DNA of 64,000 bases from Chrysomallon squamiferum. Taxonomy: Eukaryota > Animalia > Mollusca. Location of the stretch: assembly GCA_012295275.1 (NCBI GenBank), contig CM022667.1:17856001-17920000 (forward strand), in the 5' to 3' direction. The notes beneath the pieces were generated by a model. It worked only from the letters and a program-made list of their open reading frames with translations. It was not told the origin of the DNA and ran no database searches. Position numbers and translations under genes: made by a program. Positions 1 through 12,502 of this stretch are shown here, piece by piece. Position 1 is the stretch's first letter. The number at the start of each line of letters is the position of its first letter.

Positions 1-930
1 TTTATACCTGTTTAATAATATGAAAGGCACCGGGTAATTTTAGATTAAAATGCAGTGAATGCTTCGTCATAATTCACTCGGTCGCCCATTCATTCAAACA
101 GTAAGACGCGTCTGTATGTTAGTGAGTTTGTTTATGTATCTGTCATTCGATACTACAGCTGTTTTACACCTACTCAATCTCAAAAACAGTCAAATTAACA
201 AAAGGAAATGTAATATCTCCAACGCCCTCTTTTATCCTAACAATAACATATTATTTGCTGTTTTTTTAGTTGTTTTTTTTATTTTATTTTCTTTTCTTTT
301 ACTTTTTTTTTTTTATTATTATTATTATTAATTTTTTTTTTTTTTTTTTTTTTTCTAATATTTCATTCATAATTAAATTTAATATAAAAGTCAGCTGATT
401 TTTCAGTCAAAAATAAATTTCATGTAACTTCACCCTTGGACTTTTTTCAACCTTAATGTATAGTTTCACAGAGTTAATATTCTCATAATATCTGAATTAT
501 ATTTTCCGTTAAAATAACGTGGCAAAATACTCATTTCAAACAATCAGAAACAAAACAGTTTTCTTTACGTGAACATTTTTAATTCGTTGAATGTTGATAA
601 CGGTGACGCCATTTTTGTTTATTATTATTTATCACTAGTTTATTCATGTTATTTTCAAATAACGAGAATAAAAGTTCAAACAGCGTCATAGAATTTACAC
701 AGTGCGGTAACCTATGTAAGATCCGCAAAGAACCGATTTCACCTGTGTATGTTTATAAAGGCGTCACTAAAATGCAAGTCGTGGTGAAAGCTAATCTGTG
801 GTTAATTCACTGTCGACATAATAAGCGAATACCGTAACAAATAGTTGTTATGTAAAGTTGTTACCGGTTACAAGCATGAGGAGGGTGAATGCTATATATT
901 TTACTTACGGGTAATACTAGTTTATTTGTT

Positions 931-965
<35 letters not shown>

Positions 966-1412
966 TTATTATTATTATTATTCATTTGTCTTAAATTTTT
1001 ATTTTTAATTAAGTCTGAAAAGAGTATTTTATTGTTATAACTTTTGATCAGTAACTATATCGCTTTTTAATTAACTTATTAATAAATAACAAAACGTAAG
1101 TTTGACAATAAATAAAAATATTATAATTAATAACTGAAAGACTAAAACGTATGAATTAGATGAATGTCAGATTGACTTTGGCAAATCTAGATAATTCGAC
1201 ACCCATTGATCAGATTGACGATTGTCAGTTTCGACTTGTTTACATTCTACCTGCTGACTGAAAGAGAGTGTCACTGGCCCGGGGCCAGAAACCCGCGGCG
1301 TGTCTAAGAGCACTGGCGCCTCCAGCAACAGGTCAAAACCGGTATACGCGAATAACATTACACAAAGTATGGTTGCTTTAAATTAAAACCACCCGAGAAC
1401 TTAGAGATAGGT

Positions 1413-1451
<39 letters not shown>

Positions 1452-3794
1452 ATGAAATAATGAAATAAAGAAAGAAAGAACGAAAGGAAGAAAACCAGAG
1501 AAACATCTAAACACATATATTAATATAACAAAATTAAATCAAACTTACGTAAAGCGAAGTTATTATAAAAAAATAAAAACAATTTTTGTTTTTTTAAAAG
1601 GTTTGTTCGATTGTCGTTCTCCACCTTCGGACTGCCATACGTTCAGGTCATAGATTGTTTCAGTATAAAAGTAATTTACCTGTCTAGAAAAATGGACAAC
1701 AATACTAGCAAATACGTTACAGCCCGAAGTGGAATCGACGTCATTCGGAATTGGGCATCGTCCATTAACGGAATATTACGTCACAGTTTATACGGAAACC
1801 CTATTTCCGGATGCGAGATTTCATAATTCCGCCTACTTCATACTGAAAACATTATTAAGGAACTGCTGTATTAAAACTGTTATATGTTGAATACTTTTAA
1901 TATATAGAACTTAGAATAAATGAATTTTAAGTGTTTTCATTTAAATGAAAAAAAAAATGAATTTCGTTACTGAATATGTCGACATAAAATACAGAGTAAT
2001 TAGCACTATGAGATGAAACACAAACGCCTACATTTAGCGGTCATTTATATTTACATAGGGGAAACTAAAGATAGTTGCAAGACATGACTTTCCCCTATTC
2101 AGAATGGCAGATCTATAACCTTTGATAATTGATACAGTATTTATAAAGAATAATGTATAAACGCACTAAAGTTGAGAAATAATTAACATAATTTATAAAT
2201 GCATTTACAATAAGAATGTAAGTAGCATAATTTATCAATCAGAATTCTACGCCATCTGTTATTTTAATTAGCATAATTAATTCCGCCTGTCATGCACAGC
2301 TTAGTTCTCATAGATAATTATAATTACTGCTGAAACAAGCTTGGGTGGTGAGATCGCACTAGGAGGAATAACAGTCTTCAAGATCAATTCATAACACAGG
2401 GCTCATTCCCGTGCCAAAAGCTGTCAAATGAGTGTGTACGCGTATACATACTCACATGAATATAACATGTAACTGAATCTGATTAAGTCTTTCTAATTCA
2501 CCTGTTTTGATGTTTCTTTCATTCTTTTTTTTTCGACAATTTTTAATTCTTTCTTTCTTTCTTTTTTTTTTCTTTTTTCTTTTTCTGTCTTTCTTTTTTC
2601 GATAATTTGTGTGGGTTTTTTATTTTTGTTTGTTTTTGTTTTTCTTTCTTTCTTTCTTTTTCTTTGATATATTTGTTTCTTTCTATTTTTCTTATCAACA
2701 CACCTTTAGTTCAAATGAAGACCTGATATTACATATTTAACGAACTCTTGATTACCGACATGAAACAAAGTACGTACACCATTCATCGCTCTGTGTTCCT
2801 TCCTTAGACGTGTTTAACATGCACGAGACGACTGCAGTTCTTAGCAGGCTGTGTATAACCAGTGGAACGTAACAATCGACTAATTTGAAAATATCGTCAA
2901 GATGGCCACTTGGTCACGTGAACAAATCGAGTTAACCAGTCTTGACGATAGAAGAACTAACTGAATACATACACTGCAATTATACTGTACGCTTTGAAGA
3001 CAGCTAATTGTTACCAGAGAGCATGAACACCGGTGGAACCCGGTCTTTATTGATGGGTGTAAATATTTGTTTTTTCGCCGGTATTTTTCGAGTACCCTCT
3101 CAAACGTCTGCGTCTGAGATAGGATGTTTTGAACTTCACTTTTTCTTTTTGAAATATTTTCTCTGGTTCAGGTATTTTTCTAAAGGTTGTGACTTTTCAT
3201 TTGCGACTTTGCGACCATCTTGTAAGTTAGATATTTTTTACTTCTTTCTTTAAAGTAACATTTGAATTAATGTCTTTTCTTCTTTTTTTTAACCACTCTC
3301 TTGTTGTTTTCTTTCTTTCGTCTTTCAGTTAGAATAACCGATTAATGTACATAAACTATTCTATTTCATAATTACGAAGATTATCTTTATTTCTTTTCTC
3401 TCTATTCTTTTATTCTTTTATTAATTAATTTTTTCATTAATTCATTTAATAATTTTTATATAATAGTTTATATACACACAAACACATACTAAGTACAGAG
3501 AGCGATAGATAATAAATGCGTAGATTAGGGAGATAGATAGTTGACACAGACGGATGAATATATATATACACACATACACAATACTTACATAGATAAACAT
3601 ATGCGTGAGACAGACAAACAGACAGACATATAGAGTGAAGGCGGCTAAAACAGGCTTTATTAAAAGCTAGGCGTCGTATAAGTATCTTAACAAAAAGAAA
3701 GGATCACAAACCAACATTGACTGAGAAAAATGAAAGAATGAAACGGGTTTAAAAAGATGAAAGGATAGAAAGGAGGCAAAAAATATTTGAAAAG

Positions 3795-3982
<188 letters not shown>

Positions 3983-4117
3983 CTTTCTAGATATTCATTG
4001 ACAAGCATGATTATGACAAAAGATTTTCGTTGGGTTCCGCAACAATGTTTGCTTTAGCAAAAATGTATTTGTGTATTTCAGTAAATTCTACTGATAACCC
4101 ATCTAACAGTGTTGACA

Positions 4118-5928
4118 ATGAATCTACAGAGGTACCTGTCTATGACAGTTATGTTGGCCTTGTTTCATCTATCAGGTAATATATAGTTTTTATAGAAACG
4201 TTTGAGAAATAAAGTATGAATAAAGTAAGAAAGGAAGTAATGAAATAATAAAGGAATTAAAATGATATAGAGAAAGAGAAAGAAGGAAGAAAGAAATCGT
4301 TAAATAATCATTTTTGTTTCTTTTTACTGAACATTTTACAACCCACACCAAAGATAGCAATAAAGTTACATTAATATCAGAGAGAGAGAGAGAGAAAATT
4401 AATAACTTTTTAAAAAGCATAATTACTATATGGAAAAGTCTGACGATATTTTTTAAAATACTATAAAAAGTAACCTACAAACAAAATTTTGGTTTTTATT
4501 TTAGGAGAGGTATTCGCCTTGGATACGAGATGTACGGTAGACAACGGCCTTGTTCCTGACCAATCACGATGCGACACGTTTTTAATATGTATCCTCGGCA
4601 ATGTCCGGAGAACGGTCACATGTTCTAACGGACTTCTGTTCGACGCTAAAGAAGGAAAGTGTAACTTCAAAGAAAAGGTGGACTGCGGGAGCAGATCAAG
4701 GAAAAACCCAGGTAAGCTTAACACAATGGAAATAACCGAGGTGACAGTTTCATAAACCTGTCCGTTAAGGAATGTATTACTACAACGACTGCTACTTGAA
4801 TTATATTAATACAACTACAGGTACCGGACCAATTATCCGGCTCCTTGAGGCCTGAGGCATTTCGGATTTCTGGTACAAGGGCATCTAAATAAGTAAATAA
4901 TTAGGCATAAACATTTTAAAATTAAAGACAATTGACGATACACAACTGTGGCGATCGACACGTAAACAATGCAGCGAGTGAATGAACGCCACGCGGCTTG
5001 AAAGAGTAGTTCCGGTCTGATGAGGACAATACCCGCGCGCGCGAACTATGAAAATAACGTCTGGAAGAAACTTCCGGTTTTCTGGTCTTTCCGGAATCAG
5101 GATGCCGGATAATTGATCCGGTCCCTGTACTAACACTGCTGTTGCTTCTTTATCTACTACTTCTAGATTACTACTACTGCTACTACTAGTTCATGTACTA
5201 CTGTTAAGCTGCTACTACTGCTACTCAACTAAATTATTACCATATTTATTTCAAAAATTATGTTCGAAGATAGTGTCAATGAAATTAAGATTGACAACTC
5301 CTTTGTGAAAAGAAATAATAAAGTGAGGTTATCTCCCTTACTTTAATATAGATTTATTTTCTTTTACAAGACAGAAATAGTAGAATAATGTATATCAAAA
5401 TCTCTTTATTTAGGTAATAACATTATCTAACGTTATACTGGCAATATATTGTTTATGTTGGAGTGTCACTAAATACTGAATATTTAGGTCATTATTTGAT
5501 AATAAAACAAATAAAAGTTGAAATTATTTTGCGCAGAGACGGAAACTTGTATACCTTCCGAAATAACAGTCACAATTGTAGCCGAAAACGACCAAGTGGA
5601 ACCTCGATTTGCAATCACTACTTCCCTTTCTGCGCCAAGACAAAGCCTACGTAATTTCCTGTTAATGGCGGCTGGACAATATGAGTCGTTTAGGTACGTT
5701 TGTTTGTGGATTTGACGATAAACAGCTACAAATGAAAAATAATATAAACCGAAATACAATATTATAATAATATATATATTTAAAATCACAGTTTAAAACA
5801 CAGTGCAGATAGTCACGTTGTATTAATACAAAATCTGATTTACTATCTCTGTTGCCAGCTGTTACTCTTATATTTATTTTTTAACCCCTAGCCATGATCC
5901 TTGCTAAATAATTAATCGAATTCAAAAC

Positions 5929-5999
<71 letters not shown>

Positions 6000-6433
6000 T
6001 GTGTGTGAGTGTGTGTTACGGATTTCGAGGTAAAGAACACTCAACATCTGTAATTTTAAAATATTCAAATGGCTGAATTTGTATATATCTCAGGAATTAG
6101 TTTCTCTTCCAATTCAGACAGATATCATTAAGTATGACTCCTAAAGAAATTTTTACTTTCGTTTTTAGGTTCAAATCGCGAGAGATCGGTAGTTTCGGAG
6201 AGTTTGTGACGTCATTCAATGGCCTTGAATCGAACCCAGCAACTCTAACAGCATGGGTTCCATTTTTGTTTTCCGATAAACAAATATCCGAAGGCAAGTT
6301 CTTTAATTTTACTAAATATTTTGTCATCTTCTTCGAATTATATTATTTATTTTCGTTTTTCTTTATTATTATTTTTTTAATTTAATATTGCTAACATAAA
6401 AGACAGTATTTGATTTAAGTAGTTTAATTAGAA

Positions 6434-6479
<46 letters not shown>

Positions 6480-6593
6480 TCAGGAATAAAAACCATAATG
6501 CCTAGGAACAATTCTGTCTACCTGTTTAAGTTTTTCTCGTTTCGAGACGGATGTACAGAGTGCGAGGCGTTAAGCAGACAGATCCTCACATAG
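4118..6593 (+). CDS. Secreted chitin-binding (CBM14/peritrophin-A) protein fused to a transcobalamin-like C-terminal beta domain (DUF4430-like); 5 coding exons, ~218 aa
   Basis: Phase-compatible exons 4118-4175, 4505-4711, 5537-5693, 6169-6293 (GC donor) and 6484-6593. Translation begins with a signal peptide MNLQRYLSMTVMLALFHLSGEVFA. A six-Cys CBM14 follows (CTVDNGLVPDQSRCDTFLICILGNVRRTVTCSNGLLFDAKEGKCNFKEKVDC), then ITVTIVAEN...PRQSLRNFLLMAAGQYESFRFKSREIGSFGEFVTSFNGLESNPATLTAW...ISEGIKTIMPRNNSVYLFKF, which resembles the cobalamin-binding beta-grasp domain. Domain calls are by eye. Confidence 0.8.
4818..5127. mobile_element. Non-autonomous Tc1/mariner-pogo-type MITE, copy 1 (in intron 2 of the chitin-binding gene)
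   Basis: TIRs CAGGTACCGGACCAATTATCCGG ... CCGGATAATTGATCCGGTCCCTG, flanked by TA on both sides. A homologous inverted copy lies at 50478-50794. Confidence 0.85.
5931..6015. repeat. (GT)n microsatellite
   Basis: Directly visible. Confidence 0.95.
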
Positions 6594-6705
6594 ACCGTGC
6601 AGCTTACACATTTTATATTTTTAGTGTGGATAATGAAATTAATATAATGTATGACCAAAGAAAATGATATAAATAGTGTTAATAAACATGCATGTGTCTG
6701 TGATG

Positions 6706-6706
<1 letters not shown>

Positions 6707-6767
<61 letters not shown>
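6707..6767. repeat. (CT)n microsatellite
   Basis: Directly visible. Confidence 0.95.
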
Positions 6768-6771
<4 letters not shown>

Positions 6772-7592
6772 TGAATGTGATTATATGTTTGTGTGTGCGT
6801 GTGTATATGTATATATCTGTATATGTATATCTATACACACAAACAACACATACACACGCATACATACGTACATTTATATAATTCATATATTATGTGGATA
6901 TCAATGGTAGAAAACATACACACACGATTATATTGCATTTATCTTATTGTGAATGTGTGTGCTCGCGCGCGCGCGCGCTTGTGTATGTTTGATACTATAA
7001 AGTTAAAATTTTGCTATCTCACACAGACATTCATCCAGTTTAATATAAAAATAACGACGCACGCACATCAAAACTAATTATTCTGGCTACCATAATCTGC
7101 GATCACTAATTTGATTCACGAACAAAAACTAGCTTCTGTTCTACATCCGATATTCAGCGTTATTAACAAATGATTGTTACGTCATAGGAAATTACCAAAA
7201 CGAGGCTTCTTTGTGACTGACTTAATAAGGAAGCTGTGCCTACGTATTAATAACAACAATGAATATAAGTCTTTCTTAACAAGCTATTTAATTACGTATA
7301 TTTGATTAGCTAAATATTGGATGTGATATGCAGTAGGGTGTTGTGTTTATAATGAGGGTGGTGTTGTCCGCTGAGACATGTTAATTACGTTATTGTCTTC
7401 AAACACAAAAACGTGTTAGTCAAACATGTAAGTTAATGTACGGTCACAGTAACGTGTAAAATAATAATAGTAAGAAGAAGAAGAAGAAGAAGAACTGGAA
7501 GAAAACGAAGATGATGACGATGGTGATGAAAATGATGTTTAAAAATAGCACAGTGTTTATCGTATCATCCATTTACATTTACTGAAAAATTC

Positions 7593-7599
<7 letters not shown>

Positions 7600-7681
<82 letters not shown>
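7600..7681. repeat. (GA)n microsatellite
   Basis: Directly visible. Confidence 0.95.
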
Positions 7682-7687
<6 letters not shown>

Positions 7688-7995
7688 GAATATTAAAAAA
7701 AAAAAAAATTACTTTTTATTATAGTCATATAATGATACATGCCAGATAATAAGAGTAAATCACCTATAGGATTATGAAATATTTCTTTTCGTGCAGTTGA
7801 ACACGGCTGAGTTTCCGTGTTAGTCTGCTAAACCAAGTCATCAGAAAACAGTCTTCTTGAGCGTTTTTAATAATGAACTAAAAGTCAGTCTGATGCGAAT
7901 ACAAATAACTGTCCGTGTTCAGAGCTAGCCAGAGCAAACAGTCATGGGATCAACCGCTGTTCTCAGTATTTAGAATGTTTTGGGGGATTTGTTGC

Positions 7996-8034
<39 letters not shown>

Positions 8035-9446
8035 GCTCCACTTGTACCAGAGCTGTAGCAATAAACGTTCATTATAAAGATATATTGAAAACTGAATGAG
8101 TACATTTAGTAGTGCTAATTTTGTAAGTGAATGTAATTGTTCTTCTTCTTCTTTTTTCTTTCTTTTTATTATTATGATTATTATTGTTCTTATTACTAAA
8201 ACTTCTTCTTCTACTACTACTATATCATTACTACTACTACTGTTATTATCATTATCGTTATTATTATTATTGCTGTTTTATTATTACTGTACGCATCATA
8301 CGCTGTCTTCTCAAAGAAGGAAAACGTTACTTTAAACGATAAATTTCTTTTCAGTTACTATCACAATGACATTTCATTTCCTCATCTATAATTAAAGATT
8401 ATTTGATTGTTCGACGTTGTGAAAACAAACATCTGACTCTCCTAGTAATTCACATTAAAACGTGCTGAGATAGATTTAAACCTACATTCATTCTTTCATC
8501 AGTCACACAGACATGCTTAATTAATTCATTATTCATTTATTCCTTATTCACAGAATATTCATTTATTTATTTATTATTCAGCTGTTCATTCACTACTGAT
8601 ATCGCCCTAGTCGTTATTCAGTCTTTAGCTATATATTTTCTACATTTTGATCAGAATTCGATCAAATAGAGTAAGCCGTATAACTGTTTATAACAACAAA
8701 TAGATAATTGTACAGCGAACTCACTCCCGGCAGTCATTTCTCTTGAACCCCAGGCTAGGTTTGATTACAGCCATATTGTTTCAGTTTCGCTTCTACTTTT
8801 TTCGATACAGCAAAGCGCTGCAGATAATTGATGACACAAGACTACCTGCCGTCTTCGTCCCATTCAACCAATCGAAAACCGTCTTTCTAAACAGCTGCCA
8901 ATGACGATCGATGGTTCATAACTGCGATTGGTTATCTTTCTACCACCTTACAGACATTGTCTGATGCTGAAATAATACTCAGGGTTGAAAACAGTGTCAA
9001 GTTATGTATTTTGCGAAAGAAAGTTTATATTTATTCTTCCGCCAATTCAACAGAACTTTATGCTGATATTGTTTAAGTGAATGATTTAAACAAAGACAAA
9101 AAAAAAAAAAAAAAAAAAGAAGAAGAAAGAAAAAAATGAAGAAAGTTCTTAATTACGAATTTTAAAACTTCAGGATTTTCTTGAAGAAGAGAAAGTTAAT
9201 ATCAACAGAGAAGATGAAACATTCAACCGATTTTGGAGAAGTAAAGGTATAAATAATGTTTGTAAGTGTCTGTGCGTGTGTGCGTTTGCGTATATATATG
9301 TATGTATGTATTTATTTATTTATGTATGTAAGTATGTATGTATGTATGTATATGTTTGTGTGCATATTTGACGATAAATAGTGTATGCATATAAGTATGT
9401 AGGTATTATAGATGTATGTATTTATGTATTTGTGTATGTATGTGTA

Positions 9447-9487
<41 letters not shown>

Positions 9488-10097
9488 TATCTATCTATCT
9501 ATCTATCTATATATATATATATGCTATTGTGCCAGAGAATAAATAAAATTTTGGCTAATGTGTGCATGCATGCGTGTGTGTATATTTCTGTTGATGTGTC
9601 TGATGAAGTGAAATGAACATATGTATTTGTGAAATGATGATAGATATGTTTCAAGAATTAAACTGATGAGAAATTAAACTACATACAAATTTAATTAACG
9701 AATGCAGATTGGTTTGAATCTTTCTCCGAGTAAGCTGCACATGATTTGAGCAGGCCTGGGAACGACACACCTGTGACAGTTTTTCGATTCTTTACATTCA
9801 TCAGTGTTCTTCCAAACCTTGACAGAAATTCTCTCTTACATACAATTATATGAAAGGTTTTATGTACAACAACAACAACTTTACAACGAAACTGACGTCC
9901 ACAAAAAAAGGAAAGAAAATAGAGGTAGAGAGTTTAGTCTTAATTTTTTCTGTTACACTTTTATTATGAAAGAATGTCTCTAGTAAGAAATAAATAATAA
10001 TATACAAATGGATTTTGTAGGTATCGTGGTATGTATATTAATGTTCGATAAAAATTTCGTTTTCCTCTTTCAGTAACATCTTTGCAGAAAGACAAAC

Positions 10098-12502
10098 ATG
10101 CCGCCTGCAAGCGAACCGGAAACGGAATCAGAGAATTCGTCACTTATTGTTAATTCAACGTCACTGCCGAAACCGGAAATCTCCGAAACAGAACCGGAAG
10201 CGGAAGCAGAAATATGGCCGGAACCAGGTCCGGACTGGACAGTAGCGTTTTCTGCCTGGGGGCCAGCATGGCCTCTTCACGTGTATCTAACTGCAGTTAT
10301 TTTCACGTGCATAACAATACTCGCTCTGTTTCTAATTATAGCCAACGTGTTTAACAAAACGGGACAGAAAAAGAGTAAAACAACAATTTCTCTGAATTCT
10401 ATGATAGCTTTCTTCACTGGGACACGAGCTTGGGTCATGTTCCTGGATCCATACTCGCAGATTCGAGATCCGGTCCCTTTCATTGCCAGTCATTTAATCT
10501 GGTCCATAGGCCTGCCTGGACTCACGGCATCATTTAGCATTGTTTTCCTAATTCTTCTAGACACAACAAAAATGGAGATGGCTCCACCGAAGTTCCAGCG
10601 TCTTGGAACTATTGCCTGGATAACCGGGATCCATCTACTTATAGTGCTTGCTGTGGATTTGCTTGTTATGTTCGTTGGGTTTACAGTAAAACCTCTGTTG
10701 TTGGTGTGCCAGGCTCTGTTCATCGTATATGGCTTGTCGCTGGCTGTAGGCTTTGTCTACACTGCCGTGAAGATTCGTGGAAATCTACAGTCTAGCGGTC
10801 AGGTAAAAGGTGTGTACTGAAATTGTTTTGAGGCTATTAGGTAATTCGTTATTATGTTATTAAGTGTTTACTCATTTAGTTGCTAATCCATTCAGCTATT
10901 CAATTTCTGATTATCGTTTCAGTTACTAATTCACTAATCTATTCAGTTATTAACTTACCTACTAATTCAGTTACTCACTTACTTATTAACCCTTTCAGTT
11001 ACTCATTTACTTATTAATCCATTCAGTTACTCCTTATTCTGTAACCTTTAAGATAAAGAGACGATAGAACAACGCATTATAACAATGAAAAAAGAAACAT
11101 ATAGGAAAGAAAACAGATAGAAGTACAAAACAAAAATTTAATAGACACAGTTTCTAAATTTAAAATAATAATAATAATAATAATAATTAATAAATCGAGT
11201 GTATGACAAACAAAAACGAAAGAAGAGAAATTAAGAAAGAAGCAATAAGGTAATGAAGCAACGAAGAAAATAAGGGAAAAATAAAATGATAAATTTAAAA
11301 GTGAAGAATGACATAAGAAAGAAAGAAAAGAAACAAAGATGGGTACAAAGACAAAAATCAAAATAAAATGAACGAAAGAAAACGAAAACAGATAATAAAT
11401 ATAAAAAATTAAAAAGAAACAGACACAAAAATAAATAAAGAACACATAATTAGTAATCAATAGCTAATGTTGATGATAGTTTTATTTAAATACAAATCAA
11501 TGCTATGGCAATTTGCTAGACGAAGCGACTTAATTCCGCTATTTACAGTCACCGGCTGACATGGAAAGTAAATAAATATTGACTTCGTGTAATCTTTACT
11601 TTAATTTTTTTTTTTGAAAACAGAAATCCGACATGTACAAACCATCGATCATTTTTAGTTTATTTCGATATGTGTATGTCCATGTGTCCACGTTTGGTTT
11701 CGTTGTCTGTATGTCTGAATTTCAGTTTGACTGACTGTCGAGTGAATCTAAGATTATTAAATATTTATACTTTATCAACTGAATTATCCATCTATATTTG
11801 CGCCTGTGTGTCTATCTGTCTAATTACTTATATATCTACCTATCTACCCATATATCCATCAGCCTGTCTACCTATCTGCCTATCTCTCTAGATATATATT
11901 TATCTCCGTCTTTGTGTCTGTCTGTTTGGCTGTCTGCTTTAATTTTAAATCTTTTTTCTTTCTTCTCTCTGCATTTCCTTTACGCATTCATTAATTCATT
12001 ACTTTCTATCCTGTTTTTTTCTGTTTATATATTATTTTGTTTTTTCAAATTATTATTATTATTATTATTATTTATTTATTTATTTGTTCCAGACGAACAA
12101 ACTGAACGTCTGCTGAAACTGACGAGAACTATCGTCCTGGCGGCCGCTATTGCCCTGTCAATGTGTGTCACGTACATCTACTCCGCCGTCAGTGAATTCG
12201 GCGTGTACAGCAGTACCTCCATCATAGAGCCGTGGAGCTGGTGGTCGCTGCAGACGGTGCTGCGGTTGGAGGAAATCGCCTGTTCCATGGTGGTCATAAG
12301 TATATTTGTAAAGACGTCGCCCATGTCGACAATATCTGGTTACTTTTCTCAGCTCTGTCCGGGGATCTCTTCCAAGGTCGGACACCAGAGAGTGAACGAA
12401 GACCGGCCCGAGTTGACGTTGAAACGTCTTGACGGCGTCTCGAAAACCGTGTGGACGACGTCGGTTGTGCAGATAAGTGACGAAGAAAAGCACACAGAGT
12501 GA
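10098..12502 (+). CDS. Proline-rich transmembrane protein 3/4-like (PRRT3/PRRT4 family) multi-pass membrane protein, ~373 aa
   Basis: Coding exons 10098-10809 (AAG|GTGTGT donor, phase 1; the alternative phase-1 donor is at 10797/10798) and 12093-12502 (ttgttccag acceptor). A PE-rich N-terminus precedes the family-like motif WPEPGPDWTVAFSAWGPAWPLHVY and about 7 hydrophobic segments (TRAWVMFLDPY, LIWSIGLPGLTASF, PWSWWSLQTVLRLEE). Upstream acceptor at ~10073. Confidence 0.75.
10870..11040. repeat. Degenerate minisatellite (TTCAGTTACTCAYTTACTTATTAA-like units)
   Basis: Several imperfect TTCAGTTACT-containing units in the intron of the PRRT-like gene. Confidence 0.6.

Noticed and set aside
4885-5136. 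Similar ORFs at 4885-5136 (-) and 50463-50726 (+) ending FKMFMPNYLLI
   Set aside because: The similarity comes from two copies of a non-coding MITE, not a protein family.
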